64,000 bases of DNA, taken from NCBI GenBank assembly GCA_024276825.1, contig JAJRWI010000079.1:32001-96000 (forward strand), in the 5' to 3' direction. Within the stretch, counting starts at the first letter, position 1. Each line of letters begins with the position of its first letter. The DNA comes from an archaeon (lineage in GTDB: Archaea; Asgardarchaeota; Thorarchaeia; Thorarchaeales; Thorarchaeaceae). Both the position numbers and the translations under genes were made by a program. Below, in pieces: positions 48,891-59,174 of this stretch. The notes beneath the pieces are model-generated. The model was not told the DNA's origin and searched no databases. It was given only the letters and a program-made list of their open reading frames with translations.

Positions 48891-49664
48891 TTGATTAAAC
48901 TTTCCGTTCAGAACATCCAAAAGTCGTACAAGAATGAAGACAATGATGAAACCCATGTCTTAGATGGCATCACATTCAAAGTGAAAAACGGAGAGTTTCT
49001 TAGTATTCTCGGGCCCTCGGGATGCGGCAAGACCACTCTTCTAAAGATCATAGCTGGACTGCTCGAGCCCGATGAAGGACGAATATTGATCGATGATGTG
49101 GAGGTTGGCTTAAACCATCACAGAGTGGGATACATCTTTCAAGAAGAGAGCCTCTTTCCATGGAGGACTGTTCGCCAGAACATAGAGTTCGGGCTTGAGA
49201 TTGCTGGGGTTCCCGAAGAGGAGAGAGAGAGGAGGGTCCGGAACATTATCTCTCTTGTTGGGCTCAAGGGAATCGAGGACAATCTACCACATGAGATCTC
49301 TGGGGGTCAGGCAAGAAGAGCAGAGATGGCCCGAAGTTTGGTCACTAACCCAGACATCCTCGTTTCTGATGAGGGGCTGTCAAACCTTGATGCTCAGACT
49401 CGAAACTTTTTACAGGAAGAGTTTCTCAGAGTTTGGGAGAAGACCAGGTCCACAGTACTCTTTGTTTCACATAATGTTGATGAGGCTGTATTCATGTCCG
49501 ATCGAATCCTCATCATGAGCAACATCCCTGCCAAGATAATCGCAGAGTATGAGATAGACATTTCTCGACCAAGAACCCGCGCCAGTCATGAGTGTCGGGA
49601 ATACCGTGCTCAAATCCTTGAAGTGTTAAGGATTGAGCAGGAAAAGGCCATGAGAAGATGGTAG
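48891..49664 (+). CDS. NitT/TauT family ABC ATP-binding protein
   Basis: GPSGCGKTT, FQEESLFPWRTV, ISGGQ, VSHNVDEAVFMSDRI. Confidence 0.93.
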   Translation: MIKLSVQNIQKSYKNEDNDETHVLDGITFKVKNGEFLSILGPSGCGKTTLLKIIAGLLEPDEGRILIDDVEVGLNHHRVGYIFQEESLFPWRTVRQNIEFGLEIAGVPEEERERRVRNIISLVGLKGIEDNLPHEISGGQARRAEMARSLVTNPDILVSDEGLSNLDAQTRNFLQEEFLRVWEKTRSTVLFVSHNVDEAVFMSDRILIMSNIPAKIIAEYEIDISRPRTRASHECREYRAQILEVLRIEQEKAMRRW

Positions 49665-49683
49665 TTTGCTTATTCTAGTAAAA

Positions 49684-50523
49684 CTAGACTGTCACTTCCT
49701 GACGCCATTGTAGAGTGTGCTTCTCAACATAGAGGAATGCATATGTTATTATGAAACCAATAAGCCCAATGACCAGCATTGCTGAGAGGGTCGACCCAGT
49801 CTGACCGAGTTGCTCAGTTATAATGACAAGATAGCCGAGACCCAGACCACCACCAATCATCTCAGCGGCCACAAGACACATCCATCCAATGCCAAAGCCA
49901 ATCCTGAATCCTGCGAATATCTCAGGCGCTGCTGAGGGAATAATAATCTTGCTTAATATTTGGGACTCTGATGCACCAAAAGTACGTGCAACATCGATAT
50001 GAACAGGGCTAGTGCGTTTCACACCTGCCACTGTATTTAGAAGAATGGGGAAGAATGCACCAATCCAGATGATGAAGACCTGGCTGGCCATCACATTTTG
50101 CCAGATAATGTTTGAAGACCCAAAAATAAGTATTGATAATGGAATCCATGCGATTGGGGGAATGGGTCTCATGGCCTCCACTACGGGACCAAGTATTGCA
50201 TCAACAATCCGATAGCGACCAATAGCAATCCCTAAGGGAACAGCCGTGACCATGGCAATGAGAAAGCCAATAGTGACTCTAATCATGCTAAGCTGTGTAT
50301 GCTCAAGCAGAGTTCTCCCATCAGTGTCGCCAATAGTCACTAGTTTGTAGAACGAGCCAGCCACATCGATAAGAGTGATTCCCCGCGACACCATTGCAAT
50401 AATCTGCCATAGAGAGAGGATGATGGCAAGGGGAATGATTATTCTGAACAAGACAAAATGCATCTTATTTGAGAGATACTTTGGGTGCTTATTCTCGGCA
50501 GATATTGCTTTCATCATGACCAT
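49684..50523 (-). CDS. NitT/TauT family ABC permease
   Basis: RPIPPIAWIPL, ARTFGAS (EAA loop), WMCLVAAEM. Confidence 0.93.
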   Translation of the reverse strand: MVMMKAISAENKHPKYLSNKMHFVLFRIIIPLAIILSLWQIIAMVSRGITLIDVAGSFYKLVTIGDTDGRTLLEHTQLSMIRVTIGFLIAMVTAVPLGIAIGRYRIVDAILGPVVEAMRPIPPIAWIPLSILIFGSSNIIWQNVMASQVFIIWIGAFFPILLNTVAGVKRTSPVHIDVARTFGASESQILSKIIIPSAAPEIFAGFRIGFGIGWMCLVAAEMIGGGLGLGYLVIITEQLGQTGSTLSAMLVIGLIGFIITYAFLYVEKHTLQWRQEVTV

Positions 50524-50568
50524 GAGTCCTGAAACTCAAACTCTTTTGTTTCTGTCGTTATGTGTGAG

Positions 50569-50600
50569 TGCCAGCTGGGATAGTCATATTCCCGCTGGCA
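50569..50600. other. Intercistronic stem-loop between binding-protein and permease genes
   Basis: TGCCAGC.GGGA...TCCC.GCTGGCA. Confidence 0.5.
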
Positions 50601-50610
50601 TCATCGAGTT

Positions 50611-51636
50611 CTATGGACTTGTGGCCACATCAAGAAATGTCTGATTGACAAAGCCATTTAGGAATGTGGGCATCTCTGAATAGTCCATCTCCACAACAGA
50701 CTCGTCTATCAGATATGACAGATACATCTCGAGGCCTGTCACATTGAGAGCATAGTCAAATATCACACGGTTGAACGCATTCTCCACGGCTTCAGGAGCG
50801 ACTTCAAGCCAATCGATGGCAATCTGTAATGCCTCTGCAGGATTGTCTTGAATCCACTTTTCAGCACGAACATGCACATTGATCACTTTCTGAACAATAT
50901 CAGGATGTGCCTCAATGAAACTATCAGAGGCTCCAACAACACAACAGGGATGTCTTGGCCAGATCTCCCCAGATAGTACAAGTGGGACAGTGATATTGTC
51001 ATATTCTGACAATGAGGGGAATGGTTCCCATGCGATATATGCGGGTGCGTCGGGCGTCAATGAGAGAGCCATGTCTTGCACCCTGGCAGTTTCAGCATTA
51101 ATGTCATTGATAGTCAACCCCGACTGATTGAGTGCAAGTCGGAGGAGAAAGTTTTGAACTGTGGCAGGACCTGGATGATAGACAGTCTTTCCAGCAAGGT
51201 CTGCAACAGATGTTATGCGTCCTTCATCATATTCAGACTTTAGAACAGATATTGCCGAACCTTCAAGGTTTACAGCGGCAAGAACTGTCACTGCAATCTC
51301 TTGATTTATGCTCTTGACAATAGCTGGTGCAGCACCAAGGTATCCCATGTCAATCTGTCCACCTTGGAACCCGTCCATCTCATAGGCTCCATTCTGGTAT
51401 TGATAGAGATCGACCTTAAGGCCTGCTTCTTCAAAGAAGCCATTGACAATAGCAACACGCAGCGCAAGTTGATGAATGTCTTGAGAGAGATATCCAATAC
51501 GCACATCGGGGGCTGCTGGTGTGTTGACAATGACAATCAAGGCAGCAGAAGTCACAATAACAAGAGCGACAACTAGGGCAATTCCCTGTTTTTGATTCAT
51601 CATATGCAGTCTCCTGAAACAATAAGACTCGTTCAA
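50611..51636 (-). CDS. NitT/TauT family ABC substrate-binding protein
   Basis: N-terminal TM anchor, VRIGYL, GQIDMGYLGAAPA, AWEPF, WPRHPCCV. Confidence 0.92.
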   Translation of the reverse strand: MNESYCFRRLHMMNQKQGIALVVALVIVTSAALIVIVNTPAAPDVRIGYLSQDIHQLALRVAIVNGFFEEAGLKVDLYQYQNGAYEMDGFQGGQIDMGYLGAAPAIVKSINQEIAVTVLAAVNLEGSAISVLKSEYDEGRITSVADLAGKTVYHPGPATVQNFLLRLALNQSGLTINDINAETARVQDMALSLTPDAPAYIAWEPFPSLSEYDNITVPLVLSGEIWPRHPCCVVGASDSFIEAHPDIVQKVINVHVRAEKWIQDNPAEALQIAIDWLEVAPEAVENAFNRVIFDYALNVTGLEMYLSYLIDESVVEMDYSEMPTFLNGFVNQTFLDVATSP

Positions 51637-51713
51637 TTATATATAGAGGTTAAGATATGGACTACTTCTGTATAAAGTGGATGACAAAAATGCAGTAGTT
51701 CCGAAACTATCCG

Positions 51714-52805
51714 TTAAATCTTGAAGTCTTTAACAGTCTGAATATATTTGGCTATAGGCAGCTCCCATCTCTTTGTTTCAGGGTTGAAATTGTCATAATG
51801 GAATTGTGCCTGAGACTGTTTGAACTTATACTGTATCTGAATAAAGTATGAGGACAGATAGGGGCGCATTAGATCAAATCCTTGCATAAAGGGGTCAAAT
51901 TCATTCGCACCTATTGCTATTCCCAGCCTGAGCTTCATTGGCGACTCGACAGCAAAGCCCATCTTGAAAGGTAGTTTATAAAAGCAAGTAATTATCTGAT
52001 CGGGTTTTCTGTCAACCTCAATGAATAATGAGATAAAGAGTTCATCATACAGAGACCTGACAACTGGCCGAATCCCTTTGATTAGTCCGCTCTTCTCAAG
52101 ACGTTTCATTCTCTTACTTACTTGTGTTTCAGACAGAGAGAGGTCAGAAGCAAGTTCTTTCATTGTGCCCTCAGGATTCTCAAGAAGAAATCTCATTATT
52201 TGAACATCTTTGATGTCAAAATCAATCATGTGCGGCTGAAGGTCCAGATTGAGTGGGCTCTTGACTTTACTCTTCATAGTCTTATTGATGTCCTTATACC
52301 ATTCTTTCCAGTCAAATTTCCAGCCCGAACTGAGGTCATAACGTGAAAAATCCATCTTCTTGACTTCATAGTCAACAAGGTCAAACATGTAGTATTTGTT
52401 GATGAGACCCTTCTTTTTAATCTCTTTCAGTATCTGCTCGCAAGAACTTGGCGCAGTTATTGGATATACTGCATGAATCATGAAACCATTATATTGTCCG
52501 ATTGTATGGCAATGCCAATAGAAACAGTCTATCTTATTGACAAGTTCTTCAAGTCTATTCTCAAGTCCAATTACTGCATCAAGAAGAATGATTGTTTCAC
52601 CAAGTCCTATCTTTCGTTCATGGGTCTGGACGCAGGCGGGATAGAGAATCTTTCGTTCTCGAAGTTTTTTCAGTCTGTATCGGATGGTGCGGTCATTCAT
52701 CCCCAGCTCCTTGGCCAGCTCACGGGTGGACACTTTGGCACCCATCTGGTCCAAGGCCTCAAGTATTCTGAGGTCCGTATCATCCAGTTCAAGTCTCTTT
52801 TTCAA
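51714..52805 (-). CDS. Tandem Lrp/AsnC-type HTH regulator
   Basis: Two HTHs: LDDTDLRIL...RELAKELG..RTIRYRLKKL and FDIKDVQIM...MKELASDLSLSETQVSKRMKRLEKSG. Confidence 0.85.
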   Translation of the reverse strand: MKKRLELDDTDLRILEALDQMGAKVSTRELAKELGMNDRTIRYRLKKLRERKILYPACVQTHERKIGLGETIILLDAVIGLENRLEELVNKIDCFYWHCHTIGQYNGFMIHAVYPITAPSSCEQILKEIKKKGLINKYYMFDLVDYEVKKMDFSRYDLSSGWKFDWKEWYKDINKTMKSKVKSPLNLDLQPHMIDFDIKDVQIMRFLLENPEGTMKELASDLSLSETQVSKRMKRLEKSGLIKGIRPVVRSLYDELFISLFIEVDRKPDQIITCFYKLPFKMGFAVESPMKLRLGIAIGANEFDPFMQGFDLMRPYLSSYFIQIQYKFKQSQAQFHYDNFNPETKRWELPIAKYIQTVKDFKI

Positions 52806-52979
52806 ACCGATCTATCCTCTGGGTTGGCTTGCATTAGTCATGTGGAGTGGCTTCTCGAAGGCAAGATGGGTTGCTTCAGGCGCAATAAATATATATCTTT
52901 ACCAGCAACATCATGAATGGTTGATTTGTGGTAATATTTTTAAGAAATCTTACCATAATCACCCCACAGCCTCAGCAGT

Positions 52980-53267
52980 GTGATGAATATGCTACGTTTA
53001 CCAAAAAGTGCCAAGTTTGTTTTGTTTACTCTTGCAAAAGAGGGGCCAATGACCCCACAGGACTTGAGCTCAAAATATGACATATCACCAAGAACAGTTT
53101 CTTTTGCACTTCGAAGACTTGTGGAGTATCAGATCTGCCAGAAGATCCCAAATCTTCAGGACATGCGTCAACCCCTCTATTGCATAGACAAGCAGCGAAT
53201 ACGTGAGCTGGAATTAAACATTGATCAGCTAAAGGTAAAGACACGAATGTCAATGCGTTCAATCTGA
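52980..53267 (+). CDS. Winged-helix transcriptional regulator
   Basis: LPKSAKFVL..L...GPMT..DL.....SPRTVSFALRRL...PNLQDMRQ.LY. Confidence 0.85.
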   Translation: MMNMLRLPKSAKFVLFTLAKEGPMTPQDLSSKYDISPRTVSFALRRLVEYQICQKIPNLQDMRQPLYCIDKQRIRELELNIDQLKVKTRMSMRSI

Positions 53268-53358
53268 CCCCCTTTTTTATCAGCTCATCTCCTATTTCTC
53301 ATGAAACAAAATAGTTTTAGAAGATACTGAATGTTAGATAAACAGATGACTTTGGTGA

Positions 53359-53742
53359 ATGCACATGAGCCTGCGTGAACGAATACCAGAACAACTTCGA
53401 TTAAGCGATGAGGTGGCAGTAATACCCACAGAGGAAGAGGTCGCGGTCTTTCCAACCAGCGAGTACATTCTTCTTGAGATATCGCATAAGATTGGGAAGG
53501 TCAATGTCGTAAAGATTGCTAATACCATCAGAAACCTTGTGAAGAATGATCAGCGAATGGTGGCAATCAGAGGCTATGGTTTCAAGGGGATAGGTCTATC
53601 TGTGAGGATTGCTCATGAACTCAAGAAACGGGAGAAGCGGTTTCTCTACCAGATGACCTTTGATACTTTTGACGCGGCTGAACCTGGCAGTAATCAGGTC
53701 TTTACGAGTGTACAGATTGTAGTTATGCCCCCCAAAGAATGA
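53359..53742 (+). CDS. Alba-like (Alba/Rpp20/Rpp25 fold) nucleic-acid-binding protein
   Basis: VAIRGYG..GIGLSVRIAHELK and TSVQIVV parallel Alba V.IKARG.AISKAVDVAE and STIEIVL. Confidence 0.6.
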   Translation: MHMSLRERIPEQLRLSDEVAVIPTEEEVAVFPTSEYILLEISHKIGKVNVVKIANTIRNLVKNDQRMVAIRGYGFKGIGLSVRIAHELKKREKRFLYQMTFDTFDAAEPGSNQVFTSVQIVVMPPKE

Positions 53743-53829
53743 TAATCTGTGATGATATGATAGCCAGTGATTATAGATAAACCATTACTTTTTGCAACAG
53801 ATTGAAAAGGCAATGATTCATTCACCAGA

Positions 53830-55035
53830 ATGGAGAGAGAGGTGTCTAGGAAGTCCTTCATTGCATCAGTCTTTCTGATTTGTTTGATTGTAGTTCAGTC
53901 AGTAGTCATATTAGTAACCGCCGTAAGTTCTCGTCAACTGGTCCCGCCTAGCTCAAAGAGTGAATACATTATCATTGACCCAATCACAATAAATCAAGAC
54001 TATGAGTTTAGAAACTCATACTTTACGGGTTCTGGAACCCCCAATGACCCATATGTACTGTCTGGGGTGAAGATCATTGGAAGTGATTATTGCATATCAA
54101 TTTCGAACACCAGTGTGTATATTATCATAAGGAGAAGCTTTTTCATTTCTGCAGGGGGAAACTGCATTAGTCTTTACAATGTCACAAATATTCGAATTGA
54201 AGATTCAATAATAGATCAGGGCAGTGTGGGTATCATCTCAAGAAACAGTTCAAGAGTCGTGTTTGATAATATCACGTGTACTAATCTCGTAACTGGAGCT
54301 ATTTTGCTACAGACTGATCATGTCATCGTGGAGGATTGCTCTATATATGCAAATCAGAGGGGTTTCATCCTGACCAACTCGTCAAGTACTGTCCTTAGGA
54401 ACAATAGGGTGTTTGCAAATCGGGAGTATGGCATATATCTGGATCAGTCGACAGTAAATTGTACTGTCTATGCAAACGAGATTGGATGGAACAGAGAAAA
54501 GGACAAGGAGGAGGTTCATAATGCATTTGATGATGGAGAGGGCAATTTGTGGTATAATCTGAGCATATCTCTCGGAAACAGATGGTCTGATTACAATACT
54601 ACTGGAGATTATCGGGTTGAAGGAGAAGCGGCATCACTGGATATCTACCCATTGACTCTTGAAGACTCAACATCTCCAATTATTGATTCACCTCAAGACA
54701 TCGTGATATCAGACACATCAGTATATTATCAGATAATCTGGCACCCAATTGAGGAATATCCCTACTACTACGCTATATATCGCGAAGGCAAAACGCTCTC
54801 TGATGGTTATTGGGATGGTAATCCAATACAAATTGAAATCCATGATAATCAAATTGGCTCATACAACTACACAATTATTGTGATCGACGCATCAGGGAAT
54901 ACAGCATTGGACACCGTATTTTCAGTAGTTGTATTCAGCTTGTTTAAGGGCGTTTCCATTGCACAGGTCATCATGGCATCGGTGCTCAGTGTGGCATTGG
55001 TCGGTCTCGTGATTATTTGTATTAAGAGATATTGA
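53830..55035 (+). CDS. NosD/CASH right-handed beta-helix surface protein with Ig-like domain
   Basis: GSGTPNDPYV, parallel beta-helix repeats, GNRWSDY, D.YPL, N- and C-terminal TM helices. Confidence 0.85.
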   Translation: MEREVSRKSFIASVFLICLIVVQSVVILVTAVSSRQLVPPSSKSEYIIIDPITINQDYEFRNSYFTGSGTPNDPYVLSGVKIIGSDYCISISNTSVYIIIRRSFFISAGGNCISLYNVTNIRIEDSIIDQGSVGIISRNSSRVVFDNITCTNLVTGAILLQTDHVIVEDCSIYANQRGFILTNSSSTVLRNNRVFANREYGIYLDQSTVNCTVYANEIGWNREKDKEEVHNAFDDGEGNLWYNLSISLGNRWSDYNTTGDYRVEGEAASLDIYPLTLEDSTSPIIDSPQDIVISDTSVYYQIIWHPIEEYPYYYAIYREGKTLSDGYWDGNPIQIEIHDNQIGSYNYTIIVIDASGNTALDTVFSVVVFSLFKGVSIAQVIMASVLSVALVGLVIICIKRY

Positions 55036-55118
55036 GAATGTGATGACCAAGTCACTAAATAAATAAGCATGCAGATTCGTGCCACACTTGTCTAGTCACC
55101 AATGAAGGTGAGAACACA

Positions 55119-55694
55119 ATGGCCCTTGATTTCGCAAAAGGCATAACTGAATTTCGTTGGCACGGTCGTGGCGGACAAGGTGTTGTCACGAGTAACCAGA
55201 TGCTGGGCAAGGCTGCCCTCAAAGAGGGAAACTACATTCAGGCCTTTCCAGAGTTTGGTCCCGAGCGCACTGGAGCGCCAGTCCGGGCTTTCTTGAGAAT
55301 TAGTAAAGACCCTATTCAAATCTATGCTCAAGTCTATGCTCCTGATGTGGTCATCTGTATTGATCCGACTCTTCTGGATGTTGTGAATCCAACCGAGGGA
55401 CTCAAAGCTGATGGTACCCTTGTAATTAACACAACAATGACTCCAGAGGAGGTCAGGGACAAGTATGACTTTAGGGGTGGAAAGGTTGTAACTGTTGACG
55501 CCAGCACGATTGCAATGGAAGTGCTTGGAAGACCATTCTATAATATGCCCACAATGGCAGCTGCTGTCGAGGCCACAAAAGTGGTCAAGATTGAAACGGT
55601 CATTGAGGCAGTACTTGAGAGGTATCCCGGAAAGGTGGGCGAGCTCAATAAAGTTGCAATCGAGAAGGCCGTGAAGGAGGCGAAGATAGGATGA
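55119..55694 (+). CDS. porG: Pyruvate/2-ketoisovalerate:ferredoxin oxidoreductase gamma
   Basis: RWHGRGGQG, FPEFGPERTGAPV. Confidence 0.93.
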   Translation: MALDFAKGITEFRWHGRGGQGVVTSNQMLGKAALKEGNYIQAFPEFGPERTGAPVRAFLRISKDPIQIYAQVYAPDVVICIDPTLLDVVNPTEGLKADGTLVINTTMTPEEVRDKYDFRGGKVVTVDASTIAMEVLGRPFYNMPTMAAAVEATKVVKIETVIEAVLERYPGKVGELNKVAIEKAVKEAKIG

Positions 55695-55984
55695 AGAAGT
55701 ATAATGAGATTCCTATGGCGGGAAACATAATCGAGCCTGGTAATTCCAAGGAGTATAAGACTGGTGGATGGAGAGCCAAACGCCCAGTTCATAATGATGA
55801 GACATGCTTATGGATCAGGAATGGTACTTGCGGGAAGTGTTGGATATACTGTCCTGATAATGCAGTCAGGCTGATTGAGAAGGATGGCAAGTACTTCTAT
55901 GAGTATGATTACGATTATTGCAAGGGTTGTGGGATCTGTGCAAACGAGTGCCCAACTCAGAGCATCAAAATGGAGAGTGAGTAA
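55691..55984 (+). CDS. porD: Pyruvate/2-ketoisovalerate:ferredoxin oxidoreductase delta
   Basis: KTGGWR..RP, CWIYCPD, DYDYCKGCGICANECP. Confidence 0.93.
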   Translation: MKKYNEIPMAGNIIEPGNSKEYKTGGWRAKRPVHNDETCLWIRNGTCGKCWIYCPDNAVRLIEKDGKYFYEYDYDYCKGCGICANECPTQSIKMESE

Positions 55985-57190
55985 ATGACATCAGTCGAGA
56001 AGATACCAAAAGACCAGATGGTTGTTGAGGGACTCACCGGTGATGCTGCAATCGCTCTTGCCTTGAAACAGTGTGATATTGATGTGCTTGCTGCATATCC
56101 TATCACTCCACAGACCATCATTGTTGAGGACTTTCAGAAGTTCGTTGCTAATGGTGAGGTGAAGACAAAGGTCATCCCTGTCGAGTCCGAACACAGTGCT
56201 ATGTCAGCATGTGTTGGCGCTTCAGCTGTTGGCGCAAGAGTTGCCACAGCAACTGCTTCTGCAGGACTCGCACTCATGTGGGAGATCCTCTACTGTGCAG
56301 CGTCAATGAGAATGCCCATAGTTCTGACTGTGGCAAATCGTGCACTTTCAGCACCCATCAACATACACAATGACTGGAGTGACACCTATGGTGCACGCGA
56401 CAGCGGTTTTATCCAGCTCTACTGTCAGAGTTCGCAGGAGGCCTATGATACAACAATAATGGCATTCAAGATAGCGGAGAACAAGGACATACTCCTTCCA
56501 ATAATGGTCTGCATTGATGGCTTCATTCTCAGTCATAATGTTGAGAGAGTAGAGATGCTGCCAGACCAGGCAATCAAGAAGTTCCTCGGTGTACGCCAGC
56601 CCTTCCAGAACCTCGATCCCGACAACCCAATCACCATGGGTCCGCTGGCACTGACAGACTACTACTTCGAGTTTAAGGAGCAGCAAGACGAGGCGATTAA
56701 GAGAGTGCCTGATGTGTTCAAGCAAGTCGAGGCCGAATTTGAGAGGATGACCGGTCGCTCCTATGGAATGCTTGAAACCTACAAGACAGAGGATGCGGAG
56801 ATAATCCTTCTTACTCACAGTACACCTGCTGGCACCGCAAAGGTAGTTGTTGATGTCTTGCGTGAAAGAGATGAGAAGGTGGGCGTTCTCAGACTGAAGA
56901 TGTTCAGACCCTTCCCATCCAAAGAAGTGGCAGAGGCCATCAAGCATGCCAAGGCTGTGGCAGTGTTTGAGAAGTGCCGCTCTTTCGGTTCAACATGCAA
57001 CCCTCTAGCACTGGAGGTCATGGCGTCACTCTATGATCTCAAGGAGAAGCCAATGGTGACAGACTTTGTCATTGGTCTTGGCGGAAGAGATGTACCACCA
57101 ACCACAATTGTTGAGGGCTACGAGAAGACAAAGGAGTACCTGAAACAGGGTAAAGCTCCACTATACGAAACCCTGGGGGTGCGAAAATAA
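55985..57190 (+). CDS. porA: Pyruvate/2-ketoisovalerate:ferredoxin oxidoreductase alpha
   Basis: AYPITPQT, VESEHSAMS, NRALSAPINIH. Confidence 0.93.
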   Translation: MTSVEKIPKDQMVVEGLTGDAAIALALKQCDIDVLAAYPITPQTIIVEDFQKFVANGEVKTKVIPVESEHSAMSACVGASAVGARVATATASAGLALMWEILYCAASMRMPIVLTVANRALSAPINIHNDWSDTYGARDSGFIQLYCQSSQEAYDTTIMAFKIAENKDILLPIMVCIDGFILSHNVERVEMLPDQAIKKFLGVRQPFQNLDPDNPITMGPLALTDYYFEFKEQQDEAIKRVPDVFKQVEAEFERMTGRSYGMLETYKTEDAEIILLTHSTPAGTAKVVVDVLRERDEKVGVLRLKMFRPFPSKEVAEAIKHAKAVAVFEKCRSFGSTCNPLALEVMASLYDLKEKPMVTDFVIGLGGRDVPPTTIVEGYEKTKEYLKQGKAPLYETLGVRK

Positions 57191-58149
57191 TGGTAGAAGT
57201 TGAGAAAGCAGCATTATCGATCAAGGATATGCTTCAAAAGAAACCGATTTTGTCATCAGGACATAGAATGTGCGCAGGCTGTGCTGCACCAACGGTTGTC
57301 AAACTGATGGGCATGGCACTACGTGGCCCGACAATTGTTTGTGAAGCCACGGGATGCCTTGAGGTAGCAACCACAATCTATCCTTACACAGCATGGAACA
57401 TCAACTGGATTCATGTGGCCTTTGAGAACGCTGCAGCCGTTGCTTCGGGAGTTGCTGAGGCAATAAATGCCCTTAGAGAAAAGGGACAATGGAAGCATGA
57501 AATCACAGATGTTATAGCAATCGGAGGAGATGGTGGGACATTCGACATTGGCTTCGGTTCATTGAGCGGTGCTCTTGAGAGAGGCCACAAGTTTGTCTAT
57601 ATGGTATATGACAACGGGGCATATCAGAACACCGGTATTCAGCGTTCTGGTGCCACACTCCCAGGACAGGAAACCACAACCTCATGGGCGGGCAAGGTCG
57701 AGCCTGGAAAGAGAGAGCGTAAAAAGCCCCTTCCAGAGATTGTTGCGGCGCACAGGATCCCCTATGTGGCCACAGTTTCACCATATTACACAAGAGACTT
57801 TGTCACTAAGTTCAGAAAGGCCCTTGAGGCTGACGGCCCTGCATTTATCCATGCATATTCTCCATGTCCCCGCGGATGGAGGTCTGATACTGCCAAGTCA
57901 ATTGAGTTGGCAAAGCTGGCGGTAGAAACAGGCATTCATCCTCTCTACGAAGTCATTGATGGCACAGAATACATCATGTCTGGTCCGAGTAAGAGGCTTA
58001 AAGAGCTAAAGCCTTTGGACGAGTATCTCAAAATGCAGGGTCAGTTCAAGCACCTCTTCAAACCACAATGGGAAGAATTCAAGAAGAAGATTCAGCAAGA
58101 CCTCATAGATGACTGGGAGCTTCTCAAGAAGAAGTGTGGAATTGAATAA
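57190..58149 (+). CDS. porB: Pyruvate/2-ketoisovalerate:ferredoxin oxidoreductase beta
   Basis: GHRMCAGC, ATGCLEV, GGDGGTFDIG, YQNTGIQRS, SPCPRGW. Confidence 0.93.
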   Translation: MVEVEKAALSIKDMLQKKPILSSGHRMCAGCAAPTVVKLMGMALRGPTIVCEATGCLEVATTIYPYTAWNINWIHVAFENAAAVASGVAEAINALREKGQWKHEITDVIAIGGDGGTFDIGFGSLSGALERGHKFVYMVYDNGAYQNTGIQRSGATLPGQETTTSWAGKVEPGKRERKKPLPEIVAAHRIPYVATVSPYYTRDFVTKFRKALEADGPAFIHAYSPCPRGWRSDTAKSIELAKLAVETGIHPLYEVIDGTEYIMSGPSKRLKELKPLDEYLKMQGQFKHLFKPQWEEFKKKIQQDLIDDWELLKKKCGIE

Positions 58150-58157
58150 ATGAAAAT

Positions 58158-58180
58158 GCTGGAGTGCTGAGTGCTCCAGC
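58158..58180 (+). terminator. Hairpin after the por operon
   Basis: GCTGGAG...CTCCAGC followed by T-rich sequence. Confidence 0.55.
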
Positions 58181-58480
58181 GTCCTTGCCCTATTTTTATT
58201 GGGTGCTGATTGAATGGAGATGACCTTATGAAACACTCGATCGATTACATGGTTATAATAACTAGTCAAAGAAGAACATAATGGCCAAGTGTTTAGAATC
58301 AATAGTGAGTGTATTTAGTTTTTTTCAAATTGCGTGTCATTCCTAATGTGATTATTTGGAGTCCTTAAGATAATGTGAAATATGAGTTCAAATGGAAGAA
58401 TGGCTCTTTTTATTCAATCGCCATAATTACTGTATTGAAACAATATCTATATTGTTGCAATAGAGAAGGGAGAAGGTGGA

Positions 58481-59171
58481 ATGATTAGAAAGTATCATCA
58501 TCTTTTATTAATGGCTTCTGTCATAGGTGGTTTTTTTGCTGTGATGATAGGTCCCGTTTTTGAAGGTCAGACAGGTACTTGATATGGATGCAAATTATCA
58601 ATTTACGGCAGATATTGAAGAAAACAGTAATGTTAATGGAGTTTTTCGATTATTTGGCGATAAAAAATGGAAGGAGGGTATGGTTGTTACCGTTGGAACA
58701 TGCAGCAATAATAGACTTGAAGGAGTTAAATCGCACAACAGTGGTGAATTGAAAGAATCACCCCAAGGATATCAGGAAGTGTATTATGTTACTGTAAGTG
58801 GAACTAGCAGATTGGACGAGGAAAAATCATCAACATATTATTACGACGAATCAACTGATTTACTTCTACAAATTCGAGGAAGTCCATGTGACTATTTTTT
58901 ACTTAATCTTGCAAATATTGATTGGATATGGGGAGGTGTCTATCTCACGGGTACAAATTATGACTTGGGTTCCCAACAATATTCGAATCAGAGTCAATTA
59001 GTAATAAATCCGTATTCGCTTGCAGTACCTATTATGATTATTTGTTTTGCGGGCATTGGAATGTATAGATTGTGATTAAATAGAAAGGCTCGTTTGCAGC
59101 GGAAAAGAAATCGAGGCCCACAAAAAGCAAGGGAAAAAAGAAATAGACAAGGAGAAATGATGGCTAATTGA
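58481..59171 (+). pseudogene. Disrupted secreted/membrane-anchored hypothetical protein
   Basis: Signal peptide from ATG 58481 is out of frame with ORF 58560-59075 at a T5 run (58557-58561). A TM helix is followed by TGA 59073-59075 and an in-frame basic tail. Confidence 0.5.
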
Positions 59172-59174
59172 GGG

